A stretch of DNA of 64,000 nucleotides from an uncultured Chloroflexia bacterium (lineage in GTDB: Bacteria; Chloroflexota; Limnocylindria; Limnocylindrales; CSP1-4): the NCBI GenBank assembly GCA_963819655.1, contig CAWFXA010000002.1:1728137-1792136 (forward strand). Direction: 5' to 3'. Under the pieces are notes generated by a model. It did no database searches. It was not told where the DNA came from and worked only from the letters and a program-made list of their open reading frames with translations. Shown piece by piece: positions 20,862 to 32,299 of the stretch (positions are counted from its first letter, which is position 1; each line of letters starts with the position of its first letter). The position numbers and the translations under genes are program-made.

Positions 20862-22130
20862 GTCCGTCGCCGCGCCGACGCCTCGCCGCGTCCGTTCGGT
20901 CGGTCCGCTTCCGGCTTGCGATGCTGGTGACGACGGCCCTGATCGTGACGGCGGGCGTGCTCGTACTGGGCATGAACCTGGCCTTGGATACGGTGGTCGC
21001 GTCGAGCCCTGCGGAGCAGCCGACGACACTCGAGGAGGAGTTGCTGCGGGTCCTCGGCATGAGTCTCGCGGAGCTCGGTGGAAGCGGCGACACCGGCGCG
21101 ACCGATGCACTCCTGAACGTGGAACAGGCCGTACGAGACCAGACGCTCCAGCTGGTCAGGAACCTCTCGATCGCGGCGCTCCTCGTGCTGGTGCCGGTCG
21201 GCCTCGCGATCGGTTGGGCCGTCGCAGGCCGGGTCGTGCGGCCCGTGGGCACGATCGCCAGCGTCGCACGGGAGATCGAGGCGACCGACCTCTCGCGTCG
21301 GATCCGCCTCGACGGTCCACCCGACGAGATGCGCGATCTCGCGGACACATTCGACGCGATGCTCGACCGGCTCGATCGCGGTGTGCAGACCCAGCGCCGC
21401 TTCGTCGAGGACGCTTCGCACGAGTTGCGGAACCCACTGGCGGTCATCCGGACGACCCTCGATGTCGCGCTCTCGGAGCCGGAGGACACCGAGGGCCTGC
21501 GCCGCGCAGCCGAGGTGGCTCGTCGGACCGCCGACCGGATGTCGACCACGGTCGACGAGCTCCTGGCGTTCGGCCGGACGAGTGTCCAGACCGGAGCGAC
21601 GGGTCCCCGTCGACCTGGCCGAGGTCGTGGCCGAGGTCGCCCAGGAGTACGACGCGGTGGCCTCGACCCGTGGCGTCCGGCTGTCCCGGCTCGCCCCGTC
21701 CGGTCTGGTCGTCGACGGGGACCGGTCCGCGCTGAAGCGGGCCCAGGCGAACCTCGTCTCGAACGCGCTCCGCGTGGCTCCACCTGGCTCAGTCGTCCAC
21801 TCGCGCGCCGGACGTACCGGTGGGTGGCTGTGGTTCGGCGTCCGCGACGTCGGGCCCGGGATCGCGCCCGACGACCAGCCCCTCGTCTTCCGCCGCGCCT
21901 GGCGCGACGGCGCTCCCACGGCAGAAGGCGACGGGCAAGGCCTCGGGCTGGCCCTCGTTCGCCAGATCGCCGAGGCACATGGCGGCAAGGTCAGCGTGGC
22001 ATCGGTCCCCAAGCACGGCGCAAGCTTCGTCGTGTGGCTGCCGGACCGACGGACGAGTGCGGAGCAGGTCCCGCTGGCCGATCTCCGTGCGATGGCCGAC
22101 CCGCTGTGGACGGTGGACGCGGCCTCCTGA
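20858..22130 (+). CDS. HAMP sensor histidine kinase (frameshift near 21600)
   Basis: Two TMs, DASHELRNPL H-box, NLVSNA, DVGPGI, GLGLALV. Confidence 0.93.
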
Positions 22131-22263
22131 CCGATTCTTTAGGTCGTCCTTACACCGTCCGAACGTCCACGTTATCGCCCATTTCCTAGCCTCCGGATCA
22201 CTGGCCGGACCGGTATCGGTCCGACCGGCATGCGACCGCACGCCATCCGGAGGCCCGCTACAC

Positions 22264-23610
22264 GTGGACGATCCCTTCGCCGGCGACGAGCGTCAGCACA
22301 AGAGCTGGCGCGACCTGCCGCCGACCCCACCCCTCGTCTGGCCCACCGCAGCACCCGCATTCGCGACCGCGACCGCCGGTGCTGCGGCGTCGCCGACGCG
22401 CGCCGCTGTAGGCTCGAGGCGGCCCCGGCGCCGGCTCGTCGTCGGCACCGCCCTCCTGGTCGGGGCTATCGCCCTCGTCGGCACCGGGATGCTCGTCATC
22501 GGCGACCGACTCGGGGCGCTGCAGGCGTCGCTCGCCATGGCCGGTGGCCCGGCCGCGCCGGACAAGGTGGCCGCGGCGATCCCGCCGAGCGATGAGCCGC
22601 TCGCGGACGTGGCCGCGAGGCTCCTGCCCTCGGTCGTGCAGATCGAGGCCGGCGCCGGGGTCGGCTCCGGGTTCGTTGCGGCCGAAGGGGGACTCATCCT
22701 TACCGCATCACACGTCGTCGGGCGATCGGACACGGTCACGCTCCGGCTCCACGACGGCACCAGCGTCTCCGGCGCCGTGGTCGCGGTCGACAAGTCCATC
22801 GACACCGCCGTCATCCGGGCCGAGGAGGGCGCCGCGTCCGATCTGAAGCCTTTCGCCCTCGGCGCCCTCGCCGACGTGCAGGTGGGCGAGATGACGATCG
22901 CCGTCGGGAGCCCGTTCGGCCTGAGCCAGACCGTGACCACCGGCATCGTGAGTGCGCTCGGCCGCACGGTCCCCACCCCGATGGGCGAGCTGCACGACCT
23001 GATCCAGACGGATGCTGCGATCAACTCCGGCAACTCCGGCGGTCCGCTGGCAGACCGGGAGGGTCGTGCCATCGGCATCAACACCGCCATCGCGAGCGCT
23101 TCGGGCGGCAGCGACGGCATCGGTTTCGCCGTGCCGGTCGATCAGGCCGCCCGGATCCTGGACAAGGTCAAGGACGGCACGTGGAAGGCCGAGGACAACG
23201 ACCCCGCCGACAGCATGGACCCGCTCGGCGGGCTGTTCGACCAGTTCCTCGGCCCTGACGGGCTGGACGGCCTGCGCGACCTGTTCGGACAAGGGCCCAA
23301 CGGATCGCAGACACCGGACGGCCCTTCCGGCGGTTCGGAGATGGCCGACCGGATGCTCCAACAGTTGCTCGACACATTGCTGCGCGAGCTCGAGCGTGAG
23401 CTTGCACCAGGGACCCCGGCTCCACAGCCGGCACCGGATACCGCACCGGGTCCGGACGCGACCCCGCCGAACGGTGCGGATGACCCGGCCGCCGACGCCA
23501 TCGACCGCCTGATGCGGCAGTTCGTGGACGAGCTCAGCCGAGGGCTGAGCCCGAACGGGATGCCGGATCCATCCGCCCCCGATGGGGGCACCACCGGCCA
23601 GGGAGCATGA
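22264..23610 (+). CDS. Membrane-anchored HtrA/S1C trypsin-like protease without PDZ domain
   Basis: GSGF, LTASHVV, IQTDAAINSGNSGGPL, GINTA; start uncertain. Confidence 0.9.
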   Translation: MDDPFAGDERQHKSWRDLPPTPPLVWPTAAPAFATATAGAAASPTRAAVGSRRPRRRLVVGTALLVGAIALVGTGMLVIGDRLGALQASLAMAGGPAAPDKVAAAIPPSDEPLADVAARLLPSVVQIEAGAGVGSGFVAAEGGLILTASHVVGRSDTVTLRLHDGTSVSGAVVAVDKSIDTAVIRAEEGAASDLKPFALGALADVQVGEMTIAVGSPFGLSQTVTTGIVSALGRTVPTPMGELHDLIQTDAAINSGNSGGPLADREGRAIGINTAIASASGGSDGIGFAVPVDQAARILDKVKDGTWKAEDNDPADSMDPLGGLFDQFLGPDGLDGLRDLFGQGPNGSQTPDGPSGGSEMADRMLQQLLDTLLRELERELAPGTPAPQPAPDTAPGPDATPPNGADDPAADAIDRLMRQFVDELSRGLSPNGMPDPSAPDGGTTGQGA

Positions 23611-24722
23611 CCGTGAGCATCGACCTCGCCACCACTCGCCTCGCCCAGGTCCGTCACGAGCTGGGCCGCGTCATCGTCGGCCAGGATCGAGTCGTCGATC
23701 GGCTCCTCGTCGCCGTGTTGGCAGACGGGCACGTCCTGCTCGAGGGCGCGCCCGGCCTAGGCAAGACGCTGTTGCTGACGACCCTGGCCCGGATCCTCGG
23801 TGGCTCCTTCAATCGCATCCAGTTCACGCCGGACCTGATCCCGTCCGACATCGTCGGGACCCGGATCTTCCGGCCCTCGTCGGAGGCGTTCGACGTCGAG
23901 CCCGGGCCGATCATCGCCAACGTCGTCCTGGTCGACGAGATCAACCGCGCCCCCGCGCGCGTCCAGTCGGCGCTGCTCGAGGCGATGGCGGAACGGCAGG
24001 TCACCGTCGGCGGTCGTACTTTCGCGTTGCCGAAGCCGTTCCTGGTCGTGGCAACCCAGAACCCCGTCGAGTCGGAGGGCGTCTACCCGCTCGCCGAAGC
24101 GCAGCGCGACCGGTTCCTGATGCGGGTCCCTGTCGACTACCCGACCCCGACCGAGGAGCGGGCGATCGTCGCCCGGATGGCGGACGAGCCACCCGAGGCG
24201 GCGCGTCTGCTCGATCCGGCGGATGTCGTCGACCTTCAGCGCGCGGCGCGGCGAGTCGTGATCGACGATGCAGCGTCCGACTACGCGATCCGCCTGGTGC
24301 TCGCGACGCGCGACCCCGCGGCGCACGGGCTGCAGAAGCTGGTCGGGCTACTCGAGTACGGCGCGAGCCCGCGAGCATCGCTCGGGCTCGTCCGGAGCGC
24401 CCGCGCCATGGCGCTCCTGCGCGGGCGTATGCGTGCGGTGCCGCAGGACGTCTACGAGGTCGCGTACGACATCCTGAACGCGCGCCTCGCGCTGTCCTAC
24501 CGGGCACTGGCCGAGGGGTTCACGATCGACGACGTCCTCGTCGAGCTGCTCACGACGGTCCCAGCGCCCGGATCGACCGCGTGGCCACCGCCGGTGCCAT
24601 CGGCATCCACGATCCCGACGCGGGCCGCCGTGCCGGAAGCGGCCACCGTCGGCACGCCATGGGGCGCGCTCCTACCCGCGCCGCCGATCGTCCTGCCGGG
24701 CGACCCACCGGACGCGAGGTGA
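23607..24722 (+). CDS. moxR: MoxR-family AAA+ ATPase
   Basis: GHVLLEGAPGLGKT, RIQFTPDL, DEINRA, ATQNP, GASPR. Confidence 0.95.
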   Translation: MTVSIDLATTRLAQVRHELGRVIVGQDRVVDRLLVAVLADGHVLLEGAPGLGKTLLLTTLARILGGSFNRIQFTPDLIPSDIVGTRIFRPSSEAFDVEPGPIIANVVLVDEINRAPARVQSALLEAMAERQVTVGGRTFALPKPFLVVATQNPVESEGVYPLAEAQRDRFLMRVPVDYPTPTEERAIVARMADEPPEAARLLDPADVVDLQRAARRVVIDDAASDYAIRLVLATRDPAAHGLQKLVGLLEYGASPRASLGLVRSARAMALLRGRMRAVPQDVYEVAYDILNARLALSYRALAEGFTIDDVLVELLTTVPAPGSTAWPPPVPSASTIPTRAAVPEAATVGTPWGALLPAPPIVLPGDPPDAR

Positions 24723-25665
24723 GCTCCGCACCACGTGCCGGTCTCGACCTGCCGGCACGGCTCCGCCGCATCGAGCTCGCGGTCGGCCACAAGGTGGTCG
24801 GCCGCCGAGACGGCCGTCATGCCTCGGTCGTGCTCGGCCACGGCGTCGAGGCCGGGGAAGCGCGACCGTACGAGCCGGGCGACGACGTCCGCCGGATGGA
24901 CTGGTCGATCCTGGCCCGGACCGGCGAACCACACGTCCGGGACGCGATCCAGGAGCGCGACCTCGACGTCGCCGTCCTGGTCGACCGGTCCGGCAGCCTC
25001 GACTTCGGGACCGTCGGCTGGCGGAAGGCCGATCTGGCTGTCAACGTCGCGTACGGCTGTGTCGGGGCTCGCCGTCCACGGCGGCGACCGGATCGGGGCG
25101 GTCGTCGCGACCGCCGGCGGGCCACGCGATCGTGCCGATCCGCGGAGGTCGCCGGCATCTGACGGGCCTCGTGGGCAGCGTGGCACGGTCACCTCTCGGG
25201 GGACAGGTCGATCTCGGTCGTGCCATCGACGGTCTCCGACGCGTCATGCGACGAGGTGGACTCGCGATCGTGATCTCGGACTTCATCGCGGCCCCCGAGA
25301 CGTGGAGCGCCGGCGCTTGCCCGGCTTGGACGCCGAAGCGAGGTCATCGCCGTCGAGGTCCTCGATCCGCGCGAGCTCCGACTGCCCGACGTCGGCCTGC
25401 TCGTGATCGAGGACCCCGAGACCGGCCGCCAGCGGACGATCGACACGAGCGACGAGCGCTTCCGCGTCCGCCTCGGCGAGGACGCCGATCGTCGACGCGC
25501 CGCGAGATCGTCCGCGATCCAGGCGAGCAGGCGCCACTCACCTGCGACTTCGGACGGACCACGGAGTGGACCGGTCCGCTCGCTGCCTGTCTCGACCGAC
25601 GCCGTCGCGCCCGAGCGTTGGGTCGGCACGTGGCGTCCCATCCCACGACCGGAGCTGCACGATGA
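24719..25665 (+). CDS. DUF58 protein (several frameshifts)
   Basis: RPYEPGDDVRRMDW, VDRSGSLDFG, VISDF. Confidence 0.85.
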
Positions 25666-26627
25666 TCCCGTTCGCGCCCGATCTCACGTTCCTTGCGCCC
25701 GAGCGGTTCGCACTCCTCCTGGTGCCGCTGCTGTTCGCCGCGCTGTACCTCGTCAGGCAGCGCCGGCGCCGGGCCTACGTGGTCCGATACACCGACCTGG
25801 ACCTGATCGACGCGGTGGCCCCGAGACGCCCGGGCCTTCGGCGCCATCTCGTCGCCGCCGTCTACCTGACGGCGACGGGACTGCTGGTCATCGCGGCTGC
25901 CCGCCCCGCCCTCGCGACCGAGGTCGCGAATGAGCCGACGGTCGTGCTCGCGTTCGACACCTCGCTGTCGATGGAGGCGACCGATGTCGCCCCCAGCCGC
26001 ATCGTGGCCGCCCGAGACGCAGCCCATCGGTTCATCGAGGTCGTACCGGCCGGTGTCCGAGTAGGCTTGGTCGCGTTCGACCAGACGGCTCGGGTCATCA
26101 TCCCGCCGACGACGTCGAAGATAGTCCTCGACCGTGCGATCGACCGCCTGTCATTGGGCGAGGGAACGGCGATCGGCGAGGCGATCTACACGTCGCTTGA
26201 CCTGCTCGAGTCGGATGTGCCCGCCGATGCCGGTGAGGCCTCCTCGGGGTCGATCGTGCTGATGTCGGACGGCGAAACAACGATGGGACGACCGGAAGGG
26301 CAAGCGGCCCGTGAGGCGAAGCGGCGTGGCGTCAAGGTCAGCACCGTCGCCTTCGGCACCGACAATGGATCGGTGGTGGTTGATTTCCTGCCGGTCCCTG
26401 TCCCGGTCGATCGTCAGGCGCTGCGAGACATCGCGGAGACCACTGATGGCAAGGCATTCGAGGCCGACTCGGCCCAGGAGATCGTGTCCGTGTTCGAGGA
26501 CATCGGCGAGGGGGTCGGTACGCGGACGGAGCCGCGGGAGATCACCGACCGCCTGGCCATTGCCGCGCTCCTGGCGGCCGCCGTCGCCGCAGCCGGCTCG
26601 CTCGCCTGGTTCGCTCGCATCCCGTGA
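25662..26627 (+). CDS. BatA-like VWA membrane protein
   Basis: DTSLSM MIDAS, GTAIGEAI, MSDGE; terminal TMs. Confidence 0.92.
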   Translation: MIPFAPDLTFLAPERFALLLVPLLFAALYLVRQRRRRAYVVRYTDLDLIDAVAPRRPGLRRHLVAAVYLTATGLLVIAAARPALATEVANEPTVVLAFDTSLSMEATDVAPSRIVAARDAAHRFIEVVPAGVRVGLVAFDQTARVIIPPTTSKIVLDRAIDRLSLGEGTAIGEAIYTSLDLLESDVPADAGEASSGSIVLMSDGETTMGRPEGQAAREAKRRGVKVSTVAFGTDNGSVVVDFLPVPVPVDRQALRDIAETTDGKAFEADSAQEIVSVFEDIGEGVGTRTEPREITDRLAIAALLAAAVAAAGSLAWFARIP

Positions 26628-26698
26628 ACGCACTCCATGGCGGGCGAGCCGGAGCCTAGCAGCGGGATGTGCCTAGAGCGTCGGACGCGACGCCTTGC

Positions 26699-27304
26699 TT
26701 AGCGTTGCGGCCGACGCAGCCCGTCGATCGCCACTGCGAGCAGTCGCTCCGAGAGTCCGGATCTATCGCGCGTCAACTCGCCCGCGTGGGCGATCGCGCT
26801 CACCAGCGTCAGGATGTCGGTGAGCTCGACGTCGTCCCGGATCTCCCCCGCCTCCTGGGCGCGCTCGACGAGACGTCCGCCCGTCGTCATCACCATCGCC
26901 TTGCAGGTCGCGAACAGGTCCGAGTCCTGGCCGAGCGCGGTCGTGAGCGGGCCCATGAGGCCGCGCTTCATGGCGCCGACCGTGACATACGCCCGCAGCC
27001 ATTCGGAGAGTGCCTCGCCCGGCTCTGTATCGGAGTCGAGGAGTCGATCGCCCTCGGCACACAGGCGTTCGACCTCGCCGCGATAGACCGCCTCGAGGAG
27101 CGCGACCCGAGTGGGGAAGTGCCGGTACAACGTCCCGCTGCCGACCCCCGCGTCGCGTGCGATGTCGTCGAGGGAGGCGTCCGGGCCGTCTCGAGCGATC
27201 GCGTCGCGAGCAGCCTCGAGGAGGCGCTCGACGTTGCGCTTGGCGTCGGCGCGTTGGGCGCGAGGCGGAGTGTTCGGTTCGGTCGGCGCGTTCTGCGCGG
27301 TCAT
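26699..27304 (-). CDS. TetR family regulator
   Basis: RADAKRN, IARDAGVGSGTLYRHFPTR. Confidence 0.95.
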   Translation of the reverse strand: MTAQNAPTEPNTPPRAQRADAKRNVERLLEAARDAIARDGPDASLDDIARDAGVGSGTLYRHFPTRVALLEAVYRGEVERLCAEGDRLLDSDTEPGEALSEWLRAYVTVGAMKRGLMGPLTTALGQDSDLFATCKAMVMTTGGRLVERAQEAGEIRDDVELTDILTLVSAIAHAGELTRDRSGLSERLLAVAIDGLRRPQR

Positions 27305-27340
27305 GCGGGGATGTTGGCCTTTCGGACGTTGCAATCACGT

Positions 27341-27420
27341 AAACGGGGGAGGTCCCCACTTGTCAAACGGGGACGGTCTCCGTATAGTACACCCATTCAA
27401 ACGGAGACAGCCCCCGTTTT
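27341..27420. promoter_or_regulatory. Three TetR operator-like palindromes in a divergent promoter
   Basis: AAACGGGGGAGGTCCCCACT, AAACGGGGACGGTCTCCGTAT, AAACGGAGACAGCCCCCGTTTT. Confidence 0.75.
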
Positions 27421-27712
27421 CCCCAACCCCACCGAACGAGGAGAACGCCATGCCCCGCAAGCGAACCGGACGAACCAGCCCCGACGTCGCGCGCCGACGC
27501 ACAAACGGCGGCGTGACCTCGATCTCCGTGACGACTCGCCCTCGAAACGGGTCGCCCTCACCCTACCTGCGTGACCCGAGGTGGGCGACCGCCGTTCGGC
27601 GCCGCACGGATGTCTTCGTCGTCGACATCGCTCGACCATTTCACACGGAATCGATTTCGTCTGACGACGACGAGATGCTGCTGTCGGCGTAGAACGAGTC
27701 GCGGCGCGCGCT

Positions 27713-28494
27713 CTATTGACTGACGCCGGCCGGCAGACGGGCGCCCTCGATCATCTCGGTCGCGGCCGGCGCTAGCTCGTCGAAGACGGTTTCGTTCATC
27801 GCGTCGATGACGGCGTAGACGCCGTGCGACTCGCCGCCCCACGTCGCATCGAGCGCGACCAACCGCACATGGAACGGCCCACCCTGGCTATAGAAGCCGC
27901 CCTCCCACTGCGGGAAGCTGACCAAGCCGACGCAGGGCTGGTGCTCGGCGGGACATTCCTTGTCAACGTTGACCGCCTTCGACGACCGGCCGACGTCGAG
28001 CACAGTCGCCTCGAGACCGCCCAAGCTCCCGGTCGCCTTCTCGATCACCGTGATGTTCGGGTTGGCCTCGATCCATTCGACCAGGCTTTCGCGGTGCCAT
28101 CGAAGCCTTCGACGGGCTCGAAGGTGCCGTCGACGATCGGATATACGTCGATCCAGAAGAGGAGCGCGCGGTCATCAGTTCCCTGCGGCCGCAGGCCGAA
28201 CTCGCCCGTGCTGTCCTCGAAGCTCGTCCATCCGCCGGGCACCGTTAAGGTGAGCTGGCCGCCGAAGAAGTACTGCGTCGTGTAGTCGCCGGCCGGCAGA
28301 TCGCCGGGGCGGATCAGGTTGGGCTCGCCGCAGGCCGGCAGGCACCCGGGGATGGGGGTCATAGCGGGGGAGGTCGCCGCCGTCGGCGCGACGGACGCCG
28401 CGCCCACCGCCGACGCCGACGCGGATCCGCCGCCGGAGCCGCTGCAGGCGACCGAAAGGACACAGACCAGGGCGAGCGAAATCAGCCTACGCAT
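27713..28494 (-). CDS. Putative lipoprotein (frameshift near 28080)
   Basis: SVAC lipobox; ORFs 28045..28494 and 27713..28048 join. Confidence 0.7.
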
Positions 28495-28534
28495 GGGACG
28501 ACCTCCTCTTTCGAAACGAGCCGATGACGGTGGG

Positions 28535-29782
28535 TTAGGGGAGCCTCTGCCAGTTGCCGTTGCCGATGTTTCCGGTCGCCGGCAACCGGACGACCGGGGC
28601 GACGCCCTCGGGGTCGAGGATCACGAGCTCGGCGAACGTGCCGTCGGGGGCCTGGACGTAGCTGTACACGCGCGTGCCGTCGGGCGACCACACCGGTGGC
28701 GCGAGATCGGCATCGACGCGCATCTCGGTGAGGTTCGGGCCATCGGGATCGGCGACGACCACATAGCCGCGCGCCGACCCGCCGACGGGCGCCCGTGCCC
28801 AGGCGAGCCGTGATCCGTCCGGAGACCAGCTCGGCGAGTATTCCGCGCTCGCGTCGTGGGAGACGTTCGTGACGGTCGATCCGTCGGCGGACACGACGAA
28901 GATGTCCGACTGCTCGTCGACGCCCGCCGTCGTCGCCAGCCGCGATCCGTCGGGGGACCAGTCGGGCCAGAAGAACGTGTCGGTCAACGTCGACAGCCGT
29001 CGGGCGTCGGATCCGTCCGGCTCGACTACGTGCAACGTGAACGTGGCGGAACTCTGGAAGGCGATGAGCCCGCCGTTCGGCGCCCAGGCCGGATCGATCG
29101 CCTGGAGCGATGGATCCGTGATCTGGATCGCCCCGGACCTGCCGAGTCGGGCGACCATGATGCTGGTCCCGGCTCCGACGTCGGCCGCGAAGGCTATGCG
29201 TGTGCTGTCTGGGGACCAGGAGAGATTACTCGGCTGGTTCAGCGACTCCTCGCGTTCCTTGAGCGTGATCCCTTCCGCGAGGACCTCCCGATCCGCGCCG
29301 TCCGGATCGACAACGATGAGGCTCCACGGTCCGCTCTCGCCCGGGCGGTGCCAGAAGGCGAGGTGCAGCCCGTCCCTCGACCAGGTCGGGCTCACCGACT
29401 GCCCGCCGGCGACGAGCACATCACGCTGGGTCCCGTCGGCCAGACCCACGACGATGCCCTCCGCTGTATCGACCGCGATCAGCCCCGCGCGGGTCAGCCC
29501 GAATGGCGGCGCCGGCCGCGGGGACCCGACGATGCCGATGATCAGCGGCACGACCACGACGAGGGCCGCGAGCACCAGGACAAGCACGAGGCCGCGCGCC
29601 ACGACGCGGAGCCCGGCGGAATGCCGCCACAGCCATCGATCGGGGATCCGCCAGGCCGCCCGCCGCGGCGTCACCTCGACCTCACGCTGGACGGCCTCGA
29701 GGAGGCCCGGTGGCGCGGACGTCGACATCTCCGACTGGAGCCAGGAGGAGACCTGCCGCTCGAGGTCGTATCGGGCGGTCAT
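28535..29782 (-). CDS. Putative anti-sigma factor with TolB-like (PD40) beta-propeller
   Basis: Overlaps ECF stop; TM; repeated WSPDG. Confidence 0.85.
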   Translation of the reverse strand: MTARYDLERQVSSWLQSEMSTSAPPGLLEAVQREVEVTPRRAAWRIPDRWLWRHSAGLRVVARGLVLVLVLAALVVVVPLIIGIVGSPRPAPPFGLTRAGLIAVDTAEGIVVGLADGTQRDVLVAGGQSVSPTWSRDGLHLAFWHRPGESGPWSLIVVDPDGADREVLAEGITLKEREESLNQPSNLSWSPDSTRIAFAADVGAGTSIMVARLGRSGAIQITDPSLQAIDPAWAPNGGLIAFQSSATFTLHVVEPDGSDARRLSTLTDTFFWPDWSPDGSRLATTAGVDEQSDIFVVSADGSTVTNVSHDASAEYSPSWSPDGSRLAWARAPVGGSARGYVVVADPDGPNLTEMRVDADLAPPVWSPDGTRVYSYVQAPDGTFAELVILDPEGVAPVVRLPATGNIGNGNWQRLP

Positions 29783-30336
29783 GCGATCCGCTCCCCGTCC
29801 ATCGTGACGACCCGGGCGTCGGCGTCGAGCGCCGCCCGCATCGTCCGCAGACCGCGGTGCAGCCGCGACTTGACGGTCCCGAGCGGGAGGCCCAGGACGT
29901 CGGCGATCTCCGCCAGCGGGAATCCCTGGGCGTGGTGCAGCACGATGATCGCGCGCTCCTCCACGCCGAGATGGCGGAACCCGCGTTCGAGCTGATCGCG
30001 ATCGACGAAGCTCGGCAGCTCGTCGGCCGCGGCATGGTCGTCGAGCGGCAGCTCGCGGATCTCGACGGTCCGTCGCCGTCGATCGCGGCGCGCCTCGGTG
30101 TGGCAGGCCCGGATGAGCACCCGATGGACCCACGCGTCGAAGCGTCCCGGATCGCGCAGCGCCGACAGGTCGCGCCAGGCGGCGATGAGCGCCTCCTGCG
30201 TCGCGTCCGATGCCCGATCGGGGTCACGGAGGATGAGCATCGCGACGCCGTAGAGGCGCCCGACCGAGAGGGCGGCGAGGTCGTTGAACGCGCCTCGATC
30301 CCCGGCCATCGCCCGCTCGACGAGAACTCGGTCCAT
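29779..30336 (-). CDS. ECF RNA polymerase sigma factor (paralog)
   Basis: DATQEA, FDAWVHR, GTVKSRLH. Confidence 0.95.
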   Translation of the reverse strand: MDRVLVERAMAGDRGAFNDLAALSVGRLYGVAMLILRDPDRASDATQEALIAAWRDLSALRDPGRFDAWVHRVLIRACHTEARRDRRRRTVEIRELPLDDHAAADELPSFVDRDQLERGFRHLGVEERAIIVLHHAQGFPLAEIADVLGLPLGTVKSRLHRGLRTMRAALDADARVVTMDGERIA

Positions 30337-30445
30337 CCGACCTCCGATGCGCGGCCATCATGGCGCGCTACTGGTATCGGGGCGTCGGCCGAGCGAAAGG
30401 TTCCCGAATCACCGGCAGGGCGCCGGCCATCACGTCACGGCGACC

Positions 30446-31227
30446 TCAGCGGTTCCGCTCGGCCCGCACGAATAGGGCCGTCCCCACGGCGATGAACCCC
30501 ACGAACGACACCGCGATGACGGCTACGACCACGGGCGCCGGTGTCAGCTCGGGCGGGACGAGGCTGGGCTGGGTCGCGTAGTACACGTGCCGGACTGCCT
30601 CGACGGCCCAGCGCATCGGCGAGATGGCCGACAAGACAGCCAGGACGGGCGGCAGGTCGTGGATCGGGTTGAACACGCCGGCCAGGAAGAACTGCGGCAG
30701 CATCACGAACGGGAAGATCTGGTTGGCTGTCCGCTGACTGGTGAGGTTCGACAGCACCAGGATCCCGAACGCGCCACCGTAGACGGCCATCGCAAGGACG
30801 ATCGGCAGGATGGCCACCAGCGTCGCCGGCGAGACCGGGATCCCGAGGAGGACGGCCAAGCCGAGCACGGCGAGCGCCTGAGGCAGGGCAACGAGCGATT
30901 CGCCGAGGATCTTGCCCGACGACGATCGAGTAGCGTGAGATCGGTGAGACGAAGATCTCCTGGCTGAAGTCCTCCTCGCGGTCGGCGATGAGCGAGATGA
31001 GCGCCCATCGCGGCCGACTGCCAGACCGTCTGGGCGAGGACGCCGGTGAAGACGAACGTCATGATGTCGATCCCGCCTGGTTCGCCGAACCCCGCCTGCA
31101 GCGTCGGTCCGAGAAGGAGCACCAGCGTCAGAGGCAGGGCGAAGTCGGCCACGATCCGCAGGCGATCGCGCAGCAGCTTGACGAGGTCGCGGTGCGCGAT
31201 GGCAAGGATGGCCGAGACCTCAGCCAT
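30446..31227 (-). CDS. ABC-2 type permease (frameshifted)
   Basis: RDLVKLLRDR, PQFFLAGVFNP, ISPMRWAVEA. Confidence 0.88.
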
Positions 31228-32165
31228 CGGTGGGTCCTTCGGCGCGGGCGACGATCTCGAGGTAGGCGTCCTCGAGGCTCGGCGACTCGCGTCCGGACGA
31301 GGGTCAGCGGCGTCTCGATCGCCTTCAGCGTCGCGTGGATGCTCCGGCCGCCGAGCGGGATCGAGTACGGGCCGTCGCCGGTCGAGCGTAGCTCCAGCCG
31401 CTCGAGCTCGAGCGCGCAGATGCGCCCGGTCGTCGGCGTCGACGACCAGGGTTTCGCGTACGAGGTCGGCCTTGAGCTGGGCCGGCGTGCCCTCGTCCAC
31501 GATCCGGCCGCCGTCGATGATGCAGATCCGGTCGGCCTGCTCGGCCTCCTCGAGGTAGTGGGTCGTCAGGAAGATCGTCGTGCCGCTCTCCGCGCGGACC
31601 GTCCGGAGGTAGTCCCACAGCGTTCGGCGGCTCGGCGGATCGAGGCCGGCCGTCGGCTCGTCGAGGAACAGCACACGCGGCCGGTGCAGCAGGCTGCGGA
31701 CGATCTCGAGCTTGCGGCGCATGCCGCCCGAGAACGTCCGGATCGGCTTGAAGATTTCGCGCTCGATGCCGAGCATCGCGGCCAGCTCCCCGACCTGGTG
31801 ACGGTATGGCGCGCGGCATGAGCCGGTAGGTCGGCCGGTACGGATACAGCCCGTACAGGATCGCGTGGAGGCGGACGTTCTCCTCGGCGGTCAGGTTCAG
31901 GTCGAGGCTCGGACGCTGGAAGATGATCCCGACCCGTCGGCGGACGGCGCTGGCCTCGGTCACGATGTCGTGGCCGTCGATCGTGGCGCGACCCGCCGGT
32001 CGGCGCGAGCGTCGTGGTAAGGATCGAGATCGTCGTCGTCTTGCCGGCGCCGTTCGGCCCGAGCAGCGCGAAGAACTCGCCGGCGCGCGACTCGAAGGTG
32101 ATGCCGTCGACCGCGTTGCGGTCCGCCTTGCGGTAGCGCTTGACGAGATCGAGGACGTCGATCAT
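31220..32165 (-). CDS. DrrA-like ABC ATP-binding protein (frameshifted)
   Basis: GPNGAGKTT, FSGGMRRKL, LFLDEPTAGLD, TTHYLEEAE. Confidence 0.92.
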
Positions 32166-32299
32166 GGGGCTGAGACTACGTCGCCGACGTCGATCGGGAC
32201 GGTCGGCCGTTAGGCTCTGTGTCAGAAGTGTCCGGCGTTTGCTACCTCGCCGGTCGTACGCTGGGACGTCGGGCGCGAGTGCATGACGATCAGGGAGCC

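Noticed and set aside
19922-22189. 755-aa regulator-kinase hybrid ORF
   Set aside because: Produced by frameshifts joining an ordinary response regulator and kinase
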